Positions 18,916 through 27,870 of a stretch of DNA of 32,000 nt are shown here, piece by piece (positions within the stretch are counted from its first letter, which is position 1; every line of letters starts with the position of its first letter). A model generated the notes under the pieces. The model saw only the letters and a list, made by a program, of their open reading frames with translations, was not told where the DNA came from and did no database searches. Position numbers and translations under genes: made by a program. This DNA is from Pseudodesulfovibrio mercurii (GTDB taxonomy: Bacteria; Desulfobacterota; Desulfovibrionia; Desulfovibrionales; Desulfovibrionaceae): NCBI RefSeq assembly GCF_000189295.2, contig NC_016803.1, positions 1,590,001-1,622,000 on the forward strand, in the 5' to 3' direction.

Positions 18916-19754
18916 AACGCCGCCCGCTCAAGCGCGTCTCGCCCTGGGCGCGCCACGCCCTGCTCGTGCTCGGCGCGCTCATCGTCGGGGTCATGTCCGT
19001 GGGGGCCGTCTTCGCCCCGCTCATCGCGCCCTACGACCCCAATTTCATCAACGTGGACGCCCTGCTCCTGCCGCCCTCGGCGGCCCACCTCATGGGCACG
19101 GACGCGCTCGGCCGCGACGTGTTCTCGCGCATCCTGTTCGGCGGGCGCGTGTCCCTGTGGGTCGGATTCGTGGCCGTGGGCATCGCCACCTCCATCGGCG
19201 TGGTCCTCGGCCTGGTGGCGGGCTACTTCGGGCGCGTGGTGGACGAGATCATCATGCGCGGGGTGGACGTCATGCTCTGCTTCCCGTCGTTCTTCCTCAT
19301 CCTGGCGGTCATCGCCTTCCTGGAGCCGAGCCTGACCAACATCATGATCGTCATCGGCCTGACCGGCTGGATGGGCGTGGCCCGGCTGGTCCGCGCCGAG
19401 ACCCTGACCATCCGCGAGCGGGACTACGTCCTGGCCGCCCGCGCAGCCGGGGCCGGGGCCGGACGGATCATCTTCCGCCACATCATGCCCAACGCGCTCG
19501 GCCCGGTGCTGGTCTCCGCCACCCTGGGCGTGGCCGGGGCCATACTGACCGAGTCCTCGCTCTCCTTCCTGGGGTTGGGCGTGCAGCCGCCCGACGCCTC
19601 CTGGGGCAACATCCTCATGGAGGGCAAGGAGGTCCTGGGCATCGCCTGGTGGCTGTCGGTCTTCCCCGGCATGGCCATCCTGGTGACCGTGCTCGGCTAC
19701 AATCTGCTCGGCGAGTCCCTGCGCGACCTCCTCGACCCGAGGCTCAAGCAGTGA
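18912..19754 (+). CDS. Peptide/nickel ABC transporter permease (DppC/OppC family)
   Basis: The ATG overlaps the dppB-like stop (ATGA). Contains [24 protein letters not shown] and the EAA-like loop [27 protein letters not shown]. 280 aa. Confidence 0.9.
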
Positions 19755-20230
19755 TCCGCATCCGCCAGGCCCGCCCCGGCGAGGAAGCCCTGATCGCCGG
19801 GATCATCCGCGACTCCATGCTGGCCTCCTACGCCCGCTTCCTGCCCGCGCCCGTGTTCCAGCGGCTCATGGACATGGACCGCCCGGCCCAGGTGGCCGAG
19901 GCCAACGGCCCGGACTTTCTCATCGCCGAAGCGGACGGCGTCCCGGCGGGCGCGCTGCTGCGCAGGGATGACTACGTGGACCACCTCTGGACCCACCCGG
20001 ACCACATGGGCCGGGGCGTGGGCTCCGCCCTGCTGGCCCATGCCGAGGCGGACGCCGCCCGGGCAGGATACGGCCGGCTGACCCTGGACTGCCTGCAGCG
20101 CAACGAAAAGGCGGCGGCCTTCTACCGCGCACGGGGCTACGCCGTGGAGCGGACCTACACCGCCGCCAACCACCTGGCCGGGGAGCGCGTCCACTTCATG
20201 GTCAAGGCGCTCCCCCCGACGGGGGCGTGA
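19751..20230 (+). CDS. GNAT-family N-acetyltransferase
   Basis: GTG start overlaps the dppC-like stop (GTGA). Acetyl-CoA motif HPDHMGRGVGSALLAHAE and ...FYRARGY. 159 aa. Confidence 0.8.
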   Translation: MIRIRQARPGEEALIAGIIRDSMLASYARFLPAPVFQRLMDMDRPAQVAEANGPDFLIAEADGVPAGALLRRDDYVDHLWTHPDHMGRGVGSALLAHAEADAARAGYGRLTLDCLQRNEKAAAFYRARGYAVERTYTAANHLAGERVHFMVKALPPTGA

Positions 20231-21465
20231 CCATGCGCCGCCCGACAACGTTTATCTTCCCCTTCCCGATCTGCCTGCTGATCTGCCTGCTCGCCCTGGC
20301 GACCGCGCGTCCGGCCCTGGCCGGAACCGAGCTGCCCGAGACCATCGTGCTCTCGCCCGAGGTCCTGAACCGGGCCCGCCAGCAGGCCTGGGCCCGGGAC
20401 CGGACGGTGGGCCGGGCCGTGGCCGCGCTCACGGCCCGGGCCGACTCGGCCATGAAGGCGGCGGTGGAGCCCGTCCCGGCCAGGCCCGAACCCGGTGGGA
20501 ACCGCATGACCCGCGCCTACCGCTCCCTGTCCCCCTACTGGTGGCCCGACCCGCAGGCGAAAAACGGCCTGCCCTACGTGCGCCGCGACGGCGAGCGCAA
20601 CCCCGAGGCCGACTCGGACCGCTACGACCGGGGACGGCTGACGCGCATGGCGCGGACGGTGCGCACCCTGGCCCTGGCCTGGTATTTCACGGGCGACGAG
20701 CGCTACGCCGCGCGCGCCACGGCCCACGTGCGGGCCTGGTTCTGCGACCCGGCCACGCGCATGATCCCGGACCTGGACCACGCCCAGATGCGCCCCGGCC
20801 TCGACCAGGGCAACCGCACCGGGATCATCGAGACGGCGACGCTCATCCCCGTGTGCGACGCGGTCCGGCTCCTGGAGCCCTCCCAGGCCTGGACCCGAAC
20901 CGACACCCGCCGCCTGCGGGAGTGGTTCGGCCAGTACCTGGGCTGGCTCCTGCGGAGCGACCCAGGCCGGGCCGAGGCCGCCTCCCTGAACAACCACGGC
21001 ACCTGGTTCGACGCCCAGGTGGCGGTCTTCGCCCTGTTTCGCGGCGACCGCGAGCTGGCCCGCGAGGTGGCCGGACTGACCGGCAACCGGCGCATCTCCA
21101 CCCAGATCCTGCCCGACGGGACCATGCCGCGTGAGCTCGAACGCACCCGGCCGCGCCACTACACCTTCTTCAACCTGGAGGCGTTCATGGTCCTGGCCGC
21201 GGTGGGCGAGCGGTGCGGCCTGGACCTGTACCGCTGGGCCTCGGCCACGGGCCAGTCCATCCGCCGGGCCCTGGACCACGCCGGGCCGTTCCTGGCCCAG
21301 GACCGCCCCATGAACGGCGCGTCCGAACCCGACTTCGACCCCCACCCGTACGTTCCCCTTTTCCGCCGCGCGGCTCTGGTGTATAAAGACACCCGTTATC
21401 TCGATTATCTGGACGCGCTGGATGCGAAGACCCTCGCCCGCCAGCCGTCCTTCATAGCATACTGA
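20227..21465 (+). CDS. Secreted alginate-lyase-family (PL5/AlgL-like fold) protein
   Basis: Signal peptide FIFPFPICLLICLLALATARPALAG. Family-like motifs LSPYWWPDPQAKNGLPYVRRDGERNPE and NNHGTWFDAQV. The start is GTG 20227 (GTGA overlap with the GNAT stop) or ATG 20233. Confidence 0.7.
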   Translation: MTMRRPTTFIFPFPICLLICLLALATARPALAGTELPETIVLSPEVLNRARQQAWARDRTVGRAVAALTARADSAMKAAVEPVPARPEPGGNRMTRAYRSLSPYWWPDPQAKNGLPYVRRDGERNPEADSDRYDRGRLTRMARTVRTLALAWYFTGDERYAARATAHVRAWFCDPATRMIPDLDHAQMRPGLDQGNRTGIIETATLIPVCDAVRLLEPSQAWTRTDTRRLREWFGQYLGWLLRSDPGRAEAASLNNHGTWFDAQVAVFALFRGDRELAREVAGLTGNRRISTQILPDGTMPRELERTRPRHYTFFNLEAFMVLAAVGERCGLDLYRWASATGQSIRRALDHAGPFLAQDRPMNGASEPDFDPHPYVPLFRRAALVYKDTRYLDYLDALDAKTLARQPSFIAY

Positions 21466-21510
21466 AACGATTACACGGACCGCCCCCTGCCGACCCGCCG
21501 AAGACGGCAC

Positions 21511-21614
21511 CAAAAAGTTTAGGGAAGGAGAGGGGATGGGGGTCCGGGGGAAGGGGAGAGGGAACCCCTTTTCTCAAAGGGGTTCCCTCTCCCCTTCCCC
21601 CGGCCGCCGGAGGC
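21511..21614. repeat. ~100-bp intergenic hairpin repeat element, copy A
   Basis: CAAAAAGTTTAGGGAAGGAGAGGGGATGGGGGTCCGGGGGAAGGGGAGAGGGAACCCCTTTTCTCAAAGGGGTTCCCTCTCCCCTTCCCCCGGCCGCCGGAGGC. It contains a ~25-bp perfect stem (about 21546-21601). It closely matches the reverse complement of 23256-23355. Confidence 0.85.
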
Positions 21615-21622
21615 ACCACCAC

Positions 21623-23245
21623 ATGCTCGAACTGCTGCGCATTCGAAACCTGGCCCTCATCGAGGACGCTGAACTGGAGTTCTCGCCCGGCCTGAACGCC
21701 CTGACCGGCGAGACCGGCGCGGGCAAGTCCTTCATCATGCGCGCCGTGGACTTCCTCATGGGCGAGCGCATGGACAAGAAGCTGGTCCGGCCCGGCGCGG
21801 AAAAGGCCACGGTGGAGGCGCTCTTCGTCCTGCCAGAGGGCGAGGCCGTGATCCGGCGCGAGCTGTCCGCCGAGACCGGGCGCAGCCGGGTCTACGTCAA
21901 CGACGCCCTGTCCTCCCAGCCGACCATCCGCGACATGGGCGCGCAGCTGGTCATCCACACCTCGCAGCACGGGCAGCAGAAGCTGCTCTCCCCGGCCTTC
22001 CAGGCCGAGATCCTGGACTCCTTCCTGCCGGACCCGTCCCTGCTCGCCGAGCGCAACGACCGGCTGGCCGTGCTCAACGACGTGCTCGAACGCAAGCGGC
22101 GCCTGTCCGAGAAATTCGACGACCTCCAGAAGCAGCGCGAGTTCCTGGAATACCAGAAAAAGGAAATCGAGTCCGTGGACCCGCAGCCGGACGAGGAGGA
22201 CGACCTTGAGGAGCGCAAGAAAATCCTCAAGGACCGCGAGCGGGCGGGCGAGTGCCTCCAGAACGCCCTGGACATCCTGCACGGCGAGGTCGGCATGCTC
22301 GACGCCATGACCCTGCTCAACCGCGAGATGGAGATCATCGCCCGGCTCTTCCCCGGCTTCGAGGAGGACCGCGAGGCCGTGGAGACCTTCCGCATGCGCC
22401 TGCACGACCTGGACAACCGGCTGCGACGCGGCCCCTCGGATTTCGACGACGACGATCCCATGTCCCTGGACGACATCGAGGCGCGCCTGTTCGCCCTGGC
22501 CCGGCTCAAACGCAAGCTGCGGCGCGGCCTGGACGAAATCGTTGACATGAAGGCCGAAATCGACGAAAGCCTCTCCTTCCTCGACGCCTGCGCCCTGGAC
22601 ATGAAGAGCCTGGGCCGCGAGGAGGACAAGGCCGCCGCCGGTCTCCGGGAGGTCCTGGAAAAGCTCAACAAGGCGCGGAAAAAGGCGGCCGGAGAGCTGG
22701 CCATCCGCATAGTGGACGAGCTGACCGACCTGGGTTTCTCCGAGCACGTCAAGGTCCACTTCGAATTCGACGCCCGGGAGCTCTACCCCGGCTGCGAGGA
22801 CATGCGCGGGCGGCTCATGTGGGTGCCCAACCCGGGCCAGCCCGCCCAGCCCCTGGACAAGATCGCCTCGGGCGGCGAGCTCTCCCGGTTCCTGCTCGCC
22901 CTGGTGACCATGCGAGGCCACGGCGACCAGGACGGACAGACCAAGGACGCCCGGCCCTCGCTCATCTTCGACGAGGTGGACGCGGGCATCGGCGGCCTGA
23001 CGCTCAACTCCGTGGGCAAGAAGCTTCGCAACCTGGCCGACCGCCAGCAGATGCTGCTCATCACCCACTGGCCGCAACTGGCCCGCATGGCCGACCGCCA
23101 CTTCCTCATCAAGAAGGAGGTCGTGGACAACGCCACCTACACCCGGTGCGAACGGCTCGAGGGCGGCGACATCAAGTGCGAGCTGGCCCGCATGGCCGGA
23201 GGCGGTGAACAGGGCGCGGCCCTGGCCGAGAAATTGTGCAAGTAG
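21623..23245 (+). CDS. recN: DNA repair protein RecN
   Basis: MLELLRIRNLALIEDAELEFSPGLNALTGETGAGKSF (Walker A), a long coiled-coil middle region, SGGELSRFLLAL signature, LIFDEVDAGIGG Walker B. Met30 of the track ORF is chosen as the start because the upstream 29 codons run through repeat copy A. GGAGG lies about 10 nt upstream. Confidence 0.93.
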   Translation: MLELLRIRNLALIEDAELEFSPGLNALTGETGAGKSFIMRAVDFLMGERMDKKLVRPGAEKATVEALFVLPEGEAVIRRELSAETGRSRVYVNDALSSQPTIRDMGAQLVIHTSQHGQQKLLSPAFQAEILDSFLPDPSLLAERNDRLAVLNDVLERKRRLSEKFDDLQKQREFLEYQKKEIESVDPQPDEEDDLEERKKILKDRERAGECLQNALDILHGEVGMLDAMTLLNREMEIIARLFPGFEEDREAVETFRMRLHDLDNRLRRGPSDFDDDDPMSLDDIEARLFALARLKRKLRRGLDEIVDMKAEIDESLSFLDACALDMKSLGREEDKAAAGLREVLEKLNKARKKAAGELAIRIVDELTDLGFSEHVKVHFEFDARELYPGCEDMRGRLMWVPNPGQPAQPLDKIASGGELSRFLLALVTMRGHGDQDGQTKDARPSLIFDEVDAGIGGLTLNSVGKKLRNLADRQQMLLITHWPQLARMADRHFLIKKEVVDNATYTRCERLEGGDIKCELARMAGGGEQGAALAEKLCK

Positions 23246-23255
23246 GACGGAGGAT

Positions 23256-23355
23256 GCCTCCGGCGGCTGGAGGAAGGGGAGGAAAAACCCTTTGAAAAGG
23301 GTTGGTTCCTCCCCTTCCCCCAGCCCCCCATCCCCTCCTTTTCCTAAACTTTTTG
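23256..23355. repeat. ~100-bp intergenic hairpin repeat element, copy B (inverted relative to copy A)
   Basis: GCCTCCGGCGGCTGGAGGAAGGGGAGGAAAAACCCTTTGAAAAGGGTTGGTTCCTCCCCTTCCCCCAGCCCCCCATCCCCTCCTTTTCCTAAACTTTTTG. Its ends (GCCTCCGGCGGC and AAACTTTTTG) mirror the ends of copy A. Confidence 0.85.
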
Positions 23356-23373
23356 CGCGCGCTGCGCGCGGGG

Positions 23374-23973
23374 GTGGTCGTGACCAATCTGTTCATTTCG
23401 CTCTACATAAAGTGGTTCTTTCTGCTGACGCCGTTCTTCGTGCTGTCCGTGTTCCTGTCCCTGACCGAGGAGATGGACAAGCGGGCGCAGCATCGGCTGG
23501 CCATCCGGACCACCACGGCGGTGCTGGTCATTTCGCTGGTGCTCTACTTCGCCGGGAACCCCATCTTCTCCACCCTGGGGATCACCCTGGACGGGTTCCG
23601 CGTGGGGGCCGGGGCGCTGCTCTTCCTGTCGGCGGTGTCGCTGGTCTCGGGCAAAAAGCAGCGGCCCGAGCCCGAGGACGATGCGGACGTGGCCGTGGTT
23701 CCGCTGGCCATGCCCATCACCGTGGGACCGGCGACCATCGGCACCCTGCTCATCCTGGGCGCGGAGCTGTCCACCCCGGAGCAGAAGCTGACCGGCGCGG
23801 GCGCCCTGGTCTGCGCCTGCCTGTCCGTGGGCATCATCCTGTTCTCCGCCTCCTCCCTGAAGCGGGTCATCGGGCGCATGGGGCTCAACGTCCTGACCAA
23901 GATCACCGGCCTGGTCCTGTCGGCCATGGCCGCCCAGATCGCCTTCACCGGCGTGCGCAATTTCATGTCCTGA
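23374..23973 (+). CDS. MarC-family (UPF0056) integral membrane protein
   Basis: WFFLLTPFFVLSVFLSLT ... GITLDGFRVGAGALLFLSAVSLV ... VVPLAMPITVGPATIG is the typical MarC-family pattern. The start is placed at GTG 23374 or 23380, because the upstream part of the track ORF runs through repeat copy B. Confidence 0.7.
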   Translation: MVVTNLFISLYIKWFFLLTPFFVLSVFLSLTEEMDKRAQHRLAIRTTTAVLVISLVLYFAGNPIFSTLGITLDGFRVGAGALLFLSAVSLVSGKKQRPEPEDDADVAVVPLAMPITVGPATIGTLLILGAELSTPEQKLTGAGALVCACLSVGIILFSASSLKRVIGRMGLNVLTKITGLVLSAMAAQIAFTGVRNFMS

Positions 23974-24025
23974 GTCGGGCCGATTCCCCATGGACGGGCC
24001 CCGATTTCGGGCCTATCGTCGCCCC

Positions 24026-24757
24026 ATGCCCCGTCTCCCGCTCCTGCCCCTGCTCCTGACCCTGATCCCCGCTCTGCTGGCCTGGCCCGCCAAGGCCGTT
24101 CAGGCGCGCGACGCGCTCGTCCTGAGCGCGGCCCCGGCCGAACCCGTAATCGAGGGCATGGCCGTGCTCCGGGAGGCCTACGCCCGGCTCGGCATCCAGG
24201 TGATCTTCCGCGACTACCCGGCGCGACGCGGACTGGCCGAGGCCGACGCGGGCGGGGCCGACGGTGAGGCCGCGCGCATGGGCGGACTGGGCAGTGAGCT
24301 GCCCAACCTGATCCAGGTGCGGCCGTCCATCGTCTCGGTCCAGGGGGTGGCCGTGACCTGCGACCCGGACCTGACCATCCGCGACCGGCGCGACCTCGTG
24401 CCCCTCAGGATCGGCGTGCACACCGGCCTCCGGCTGTCCGACAAGCTGGTCCAGGGACTGGACCGCGTGACCCAGGGACACTGGGACCAGCTCTTCCACC
24501 TGCTCTACCTCGGCCGCCTGGACGTGATCATCGGCTACGACGGCATCGAACGCACCCAGGCCGGGCACCCCGGCGCCGAGCGCCTCCGGGTCATCCGGCC
24601 CGTGCGCTGGCGGGTCCCCCTGTACCACTACCTGAACCGCCGCCACGCGGACCTGGTGCCCCGGCTCGAGGCCGTGCTCGAACGCATGCGGATCAACGGC
24701 GAGATGGCCCGTCTGCGCGCCGGGGCCGGTGCCGCGCACCAGCGCCCCGCCGAATGA
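24026..24757 (+). CDS. Periplasmic substrate-binding-like protein (family-3 / PBP2 fold), paralogue 1
   Basis: Signal peptide MPRLPLLPLLLTLIPALLAWPAKA. It shares blocks with the next gene (L.EAY.RLGI, G..DGE..R, PLYHYLN..HADLVPR). No adjacent permease or ATPase gene. Confidence 0.55.
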   Translation: MPRLPLLPLLLTLIPALLAWPAKAVQARDALVLSAAPAEPVIEGMAVLREAYARLGIQVIFRDYPARRGLAEADAGGADGEAARMGGLGSELPNLIQVRPSIVSVQGVAVTCDPDLTIRDRRDLVPLRIGVHTGLRLSDKLVQGLDRVTQGHWDQLFHLLYLGRLDVIIGYDGIERTQAGHPGAERLRVIRPVRWRVPLYHYLNRRHADLVPRLEAVLERMRINGEMARLRAGAGAAHQRPAE

Positions 24758-24809
24758 CCTCCCCCCTCCGAACATGGACCCGGGGGCGATCCGGGTGTAT
24801 GTTCAGGGC

Positions 24810-25502
24810 ATGCGCATCATCCTGTTCTGCATCTTCGCTCTGCTCCTGGGCGCTCCGGCCTGGGCCCAGGACCATCTGGTCTTCGGCTACGGCGGCAGCG
24901 CATTGTCCGAGAACTCGCTCAAGGTGCTCAAGGAGGCCTACAAGCGTCTCGGCATCACGATCGAGGGGCGGCAGATGCCTGCGGCCCGCTCCCTGGAAAT
25001 GGCCGAGGGCGGCCTGGTGGACGGCGAGGTCAACCGCATCCGGGCCATCGAGGAGGAGTATCCCCATCTTCTGCGCATCGACGTGCCGGTGAACCGGCTG
25101 GAAGGGGTCGTCGTGACCTGCAACTCCCGCCTGGAGCACGTCACCATGGAGGCCGTGCGCAAGCTGCACCTGGGCATCAAGATCGGCAACCGCTACGCCG
25201 AGATGCTGACCGACGGCATGCCCGACGTGGTCCGCCTGCCGCGCGAGGACCGGCTGATGATCCTGCTCCTGGAGGGACGGCTGGACGCCCTGCTGGTGGA
25301 CCGCGCCTGGGCCGAAAGCGAGCTGGCCAAGCCGGGAATGCAATGCCTGCGCATCAACGAACCGCCCGTGATCGTCGTGCCGCTCTACCACTACCTGAAC
25401 AACAGCCACGCCGACCTGGTCCCACGGATCACCGGCGAACTCAGGGCCATGCACGATTCCGGCGAGATCGACCGCATCCTCGGAGACATCCGCCCGCGCT
25501 GA
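24810..25502 (+). CDS. Periplasmic substrate-binding-like protein (family-3 / PBP2 fold), paralogue 2
   Basis: Signal peptide MRIILFCIFALLLGAPAWA. Clearly paralogous to 24026-24757 (VPLYHYLNNSHADLVPRI versus VPLYHYLNRRHADLVPRL). Confidence 0.55.
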   Translation: MRIILFCIFALLLGAPAWAQDHLVFGYGGSALSENSLKVLKEAYKRLGITIEGRQMPAARSLEMAEGGLVDGEVNRIRAIEEEYPHLLRIDVPVNRLEGVVVTCNSRLEHVTMEAVRKLHLGIKIGNRYAEMLTDGMPDVVRLPREDRLMILLLEGRLDALLVDRAWAESELAKPGMQCLRINEPPVIVVPLYHYLNNSHADLVPRITGELRAMHDSGEIDRILGDIRPR

Positions 25503-25541
25503 CGTCACCCCCTTTACACCCGGCGCGAACTGCCCTAAAAA

Positions 25542-26312
25542 TTGGTTGCCATGACAACCGATTCACCCCTGACCTTCGAACACGGCTATGACATCCGCTC
25601 CTACGAACCGCGCCCCGACGGCCGCGTGTCCGTGACCGCCATCTGCAACCAGTTGCAGGACGCGGCCTCGCGCCATGCGGACCGCCTCGGCTTCGGCCAC
25701 CACGACCTGGAACAGAGCGGCCACTTCTGGATTCTGGCCCGGCTGCACCTCATGGTGGACCGGCTGCCCGGCTTCGGCGGACGCACGAGCATCCTGACCT
25801 GGCCCTCGGGCAACGAGCGGCTGGTGGCCCTGCGCGACTTCCTGGTCTTCGACGAGGACGGGGCGATGGGCCGGGCGACCACCTCCTGGGTGACCATGAA
25901 CACCCGTACCCACCGCCCGGACGCGCCCGACACCGTGCTCAACGAACGGTTCATCCCGGACCGCCAGCACGCCCTGACCTTTCCGACCAAGGCCGTGACC
26001 CGGCTGAAGCAGGGCGAGCACCGCGCGGACCTCACCGCCCGGCGCTCGGACGTGGACATCAACGGTCACGTGAACAACGTGAAATACCTGGAATACTGCT
26101 TCGAGGCCGTGCCCGTCGAGTGGATCGGCGAACACCGCTGCCACGGGGTGGACATCCAGTTCCGCAGCGAGACCTTCCCCGGCGACGCCCTTGTCTCGGC
26201 CTGCGCCCCGGACGAGCCGGACCAGGGTCTGGACACCTTCCTGCACAGCCTGACCAGGGCGTCGGACGGCCGCGAGGTCGTGCGCATGCGCTCCTGGTGG
26301 AAACGGCCGTGA
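25542..26312 (+). CDS. Acyl-ACP thioesterase family protein
   Basis: Tandem hot-dog layout. YDIRSYE...G.VS......LQDAA..HA...G, FWIL.R, and DINGHVNNVKYLEY in the second half. The start may instead be ATG 25551. Confidence 0.8.
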   Translation: MVAMTTDSPLTFEHGYDIRSYEPRPDGRVSVTAICNQLQDAASRHADRLGFGHHDLEQSGHFWILARLHLMVDRLPGFGGRTSILTWPSGNERLVALRDFLVFDEDGAMGRATTSWVTMNTRTHRPDAPDTVLNERFIPDRQHALTFPTKAVTRLKQGEHRADLTARRSDVDINGHVNNVKYLEYCFEAVPVEWIGEHRCHGVDIQFRSETFPGDALVSACAPDEPDQGLDTFLHSLTRASDGREVVRMRSWWKRP

Positions 26313-26740
26313 GCGCGGACATCGGCCTGCGCTTCGACACGAACGGCGTGGACTGGGCCGAGGCGGCCGCAATCTTCGAGCGCGCCCCGCTGGGCACCCG
26401 CGAACCCGACACCCTGCGCCGGACCTTCGAGAACAGCGACCTGACCTGCTTCGCCCGGGACGGGGAACGGCTGGTGGGCATCGCCCGCGCCCTGAGCGAC
26501 CGGACGGTGCAATCGGTCATCTACGACCTGTGCATGCTCCCGGAATACCAGGGCAAGGGGCTGGGCACGCGGATGATGCGGGCCATGCTTGAGCGGCTGG
26601 GCACGCCCAGCTGCGTGCTCTGGGCCGTGCCGGGCAAGGAACCGTTCTACGCCCGCCTGGGCTTTCACCCCATGCTCACGGCCATGGCCCTGAGCGACGA
26701 CCCCGAGGGGGCCGCGGCCAGGGGCTACATCACGCTGTGA
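26309..26740 (+). CDS. GNAT-family N-acetyltransferase
   Basis: GTG overlaps the thioesterase stop (GTGA). Acetyl-CoA motif LPEYQGKGLGTRMMRAMLE and ...FYARLGF. 143 aa. Confidence 0.75.
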   Translation: MSADIGLRFDTNGVDWAEAAAIFERAPLGTREPDTLRRTFENSDLTCFARDGERLVGIARALSDRTVQSVIYDLCMLPEYQGKGLGTRMMRAMLERLGTPSCVLWAVPGKEPFYARLGFHPMLTAMALSDDPEGAAARGYITL

Positions 26741-27725
26741 CGCGCTCGGCCATGACCTGGGCCAGCAGCGCGGTCAGGGCCTGGTCGTAGCGCTTGCCGT
26801 CCCCGGCGAGCATGCGCACGGCCTCGGCCGTGTCCCTGGCCGAGCGGTGGGGCCTGTCCCCGACGATGGCCGAGAAGGAGTCGGCCACGGCGCACAGCCT
26901 GCCCGTGGTCGAGATGCCCCCGTCGAACCGCCGCGCCGGGTAGCCCGAGCCGTCCAGCCGCTCGTGGTGCTGGTCCATGCACTCCAGAATGATCGGGTCC
27001 TGAATCTTGAGCCGACGGACCATGTTCAGCCCTGCCTCGATGTGCCGCTCGATGGACTCCCGGTCCCGGCGGACCAGGTAGCGCTCCTTGTCGCGGATGA
27101 ACTTCGGAACCATGACCATGCCCAGGTCGTGGAGCAGCAGCCCGAGGATCAGGCTGATGAGCACGGTCTTCTCCACCTTGCCCCCGGTCAGGCGCAGGTA
27201 CAGGGCCAGGCCGATGAGCATGGTGTTCACCGAGTGCACGGCCAGGTCGTAGTCCCGCTCCAGGGTGTGGGTCAGGAAGGCCACCCGGCCGGGATCGATC
27301 CAGATGTATTCGGCCAGGATGGCGACGTCCGTGCGCAAGGCCTCCAGGGTATCCTCCGTGGGCTGGTTCAGGAACTCGGCCATGCGGTTGCGCAGGGCGA
27401 TGAAGAATATCTCCGCCACCTCCTGGGGCTGAAACCCCTCCTCCACCAGCAGCAGGCCGAGCTTCCGGCTCAGATGTTCGGCGTAGATGCGGTAGTCGTC
27501 GCGCAGGAGGTAGAGCAGCCCCTCCTCGGCGTACCGGGCCACCTCGGCCTGGCCGTCGCGGGAGAGCCGCTCGCCGCCCCGGATGTACCGGCCCGTGCGG
27601 CCCACGGACGGGTCGAAGACGTACAGGTCCACGGGCGGCCGGAACTTGGGAAAACTCGCCAGAATGTTGGGACTGATCTGGAGGTAGGTTTCGGAAAGGG
27701 CACCGGAATCGGGATGTTCAGCCAT
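26730..27725 (-). CDS. HD-GYP domain phosphohydrolase (putative c-di-GMP phosphodiesterase)
   Basis: LLHDLGMVMVP (HD) and HHERLDGSGYP (GYP). 331 aa. Its 3' end overlaps the convergent GNAT gene by 11 nt. Confidence 0.88.
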   Translation of the reverse strand: MAEHPDSGALSETYLQISPNILASFPKFRPPVDLYVFDPSVGRTGRYIRGGERLSRDGQAEVARYAEEGLLYLLRDDYRIYAEHLSRKLGLLLVEEGFQPQEVAEIFFIALRNRMAEFLNQPTEDTLEALRTDVAILAEYIWIDPGRVAFLTHTLERDYDLAVHSVNTMLIGLALYLRLTGGKVEKTVLISLILGLLLHDLGMVMVPKFIRDKERYLVRRDRESIERHIEAGLNMVRRLKIQDPIILECMDQHHERLDGSGYPARRFDGGISTTGRLCAVADSFSAIVGDRPHRSARDTAEAVRMLAGDGKRYDQALTALLAQVMAERVTA

Positions 27726-27811
27726 GCATTCACCTTAAATGTTGTCCGCCAGTCACCGACCCATACCCGGATTTTCTCCTGTTTTGAAGGGGCGGAACGG
27801 TTCCCGGGGAT

Positions 27812-27843
27812 AAAAAAGGCGGGTCCCGGTATCGGGACCCGCC
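27812..27843 (-). terminator. Rho-independent terminator of the ECF-sigma envelope operon
   Basis: Minus strand reads GGCGGGTCCC-gatacc-GGGACCCGCC followed by TTTTTTATCCCC. It lies 28 nt after the stop at 27871. Confidence 0.85.
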
Positions 27844-27870
27844 TGGTGGTGGCTGGTATCGCGCGGCAGG

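Noticed and set aside
21536-21622. 29-codon N-terminal extension of recN, and the analogous extension of the MarC-family ORF at 23302-23373.
   Set aside because: Both extensions are translations of the ~100-bp hairpin repeat element (GKGRGNPFSQRGSLSPSP / PPLPPAPHPLLFLNFL). RecN homologues start at MLELL....
21466-21622. A LexA/SOS box upstream of recN.
   Set aside because: I could not identify a convincing palindromic operator by eye. The region is dominated by the hairpin repeat. The LexA motif for this lineage is not known to me, so no call was made.
23356-23370. CGCGCG-CTG-CGCGCG mini-palindrome after repeat copy B.
   Set aside because: It is very short and of low information content in GC-rich DNA. 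It is probably incidental or part of the repeat terminus.
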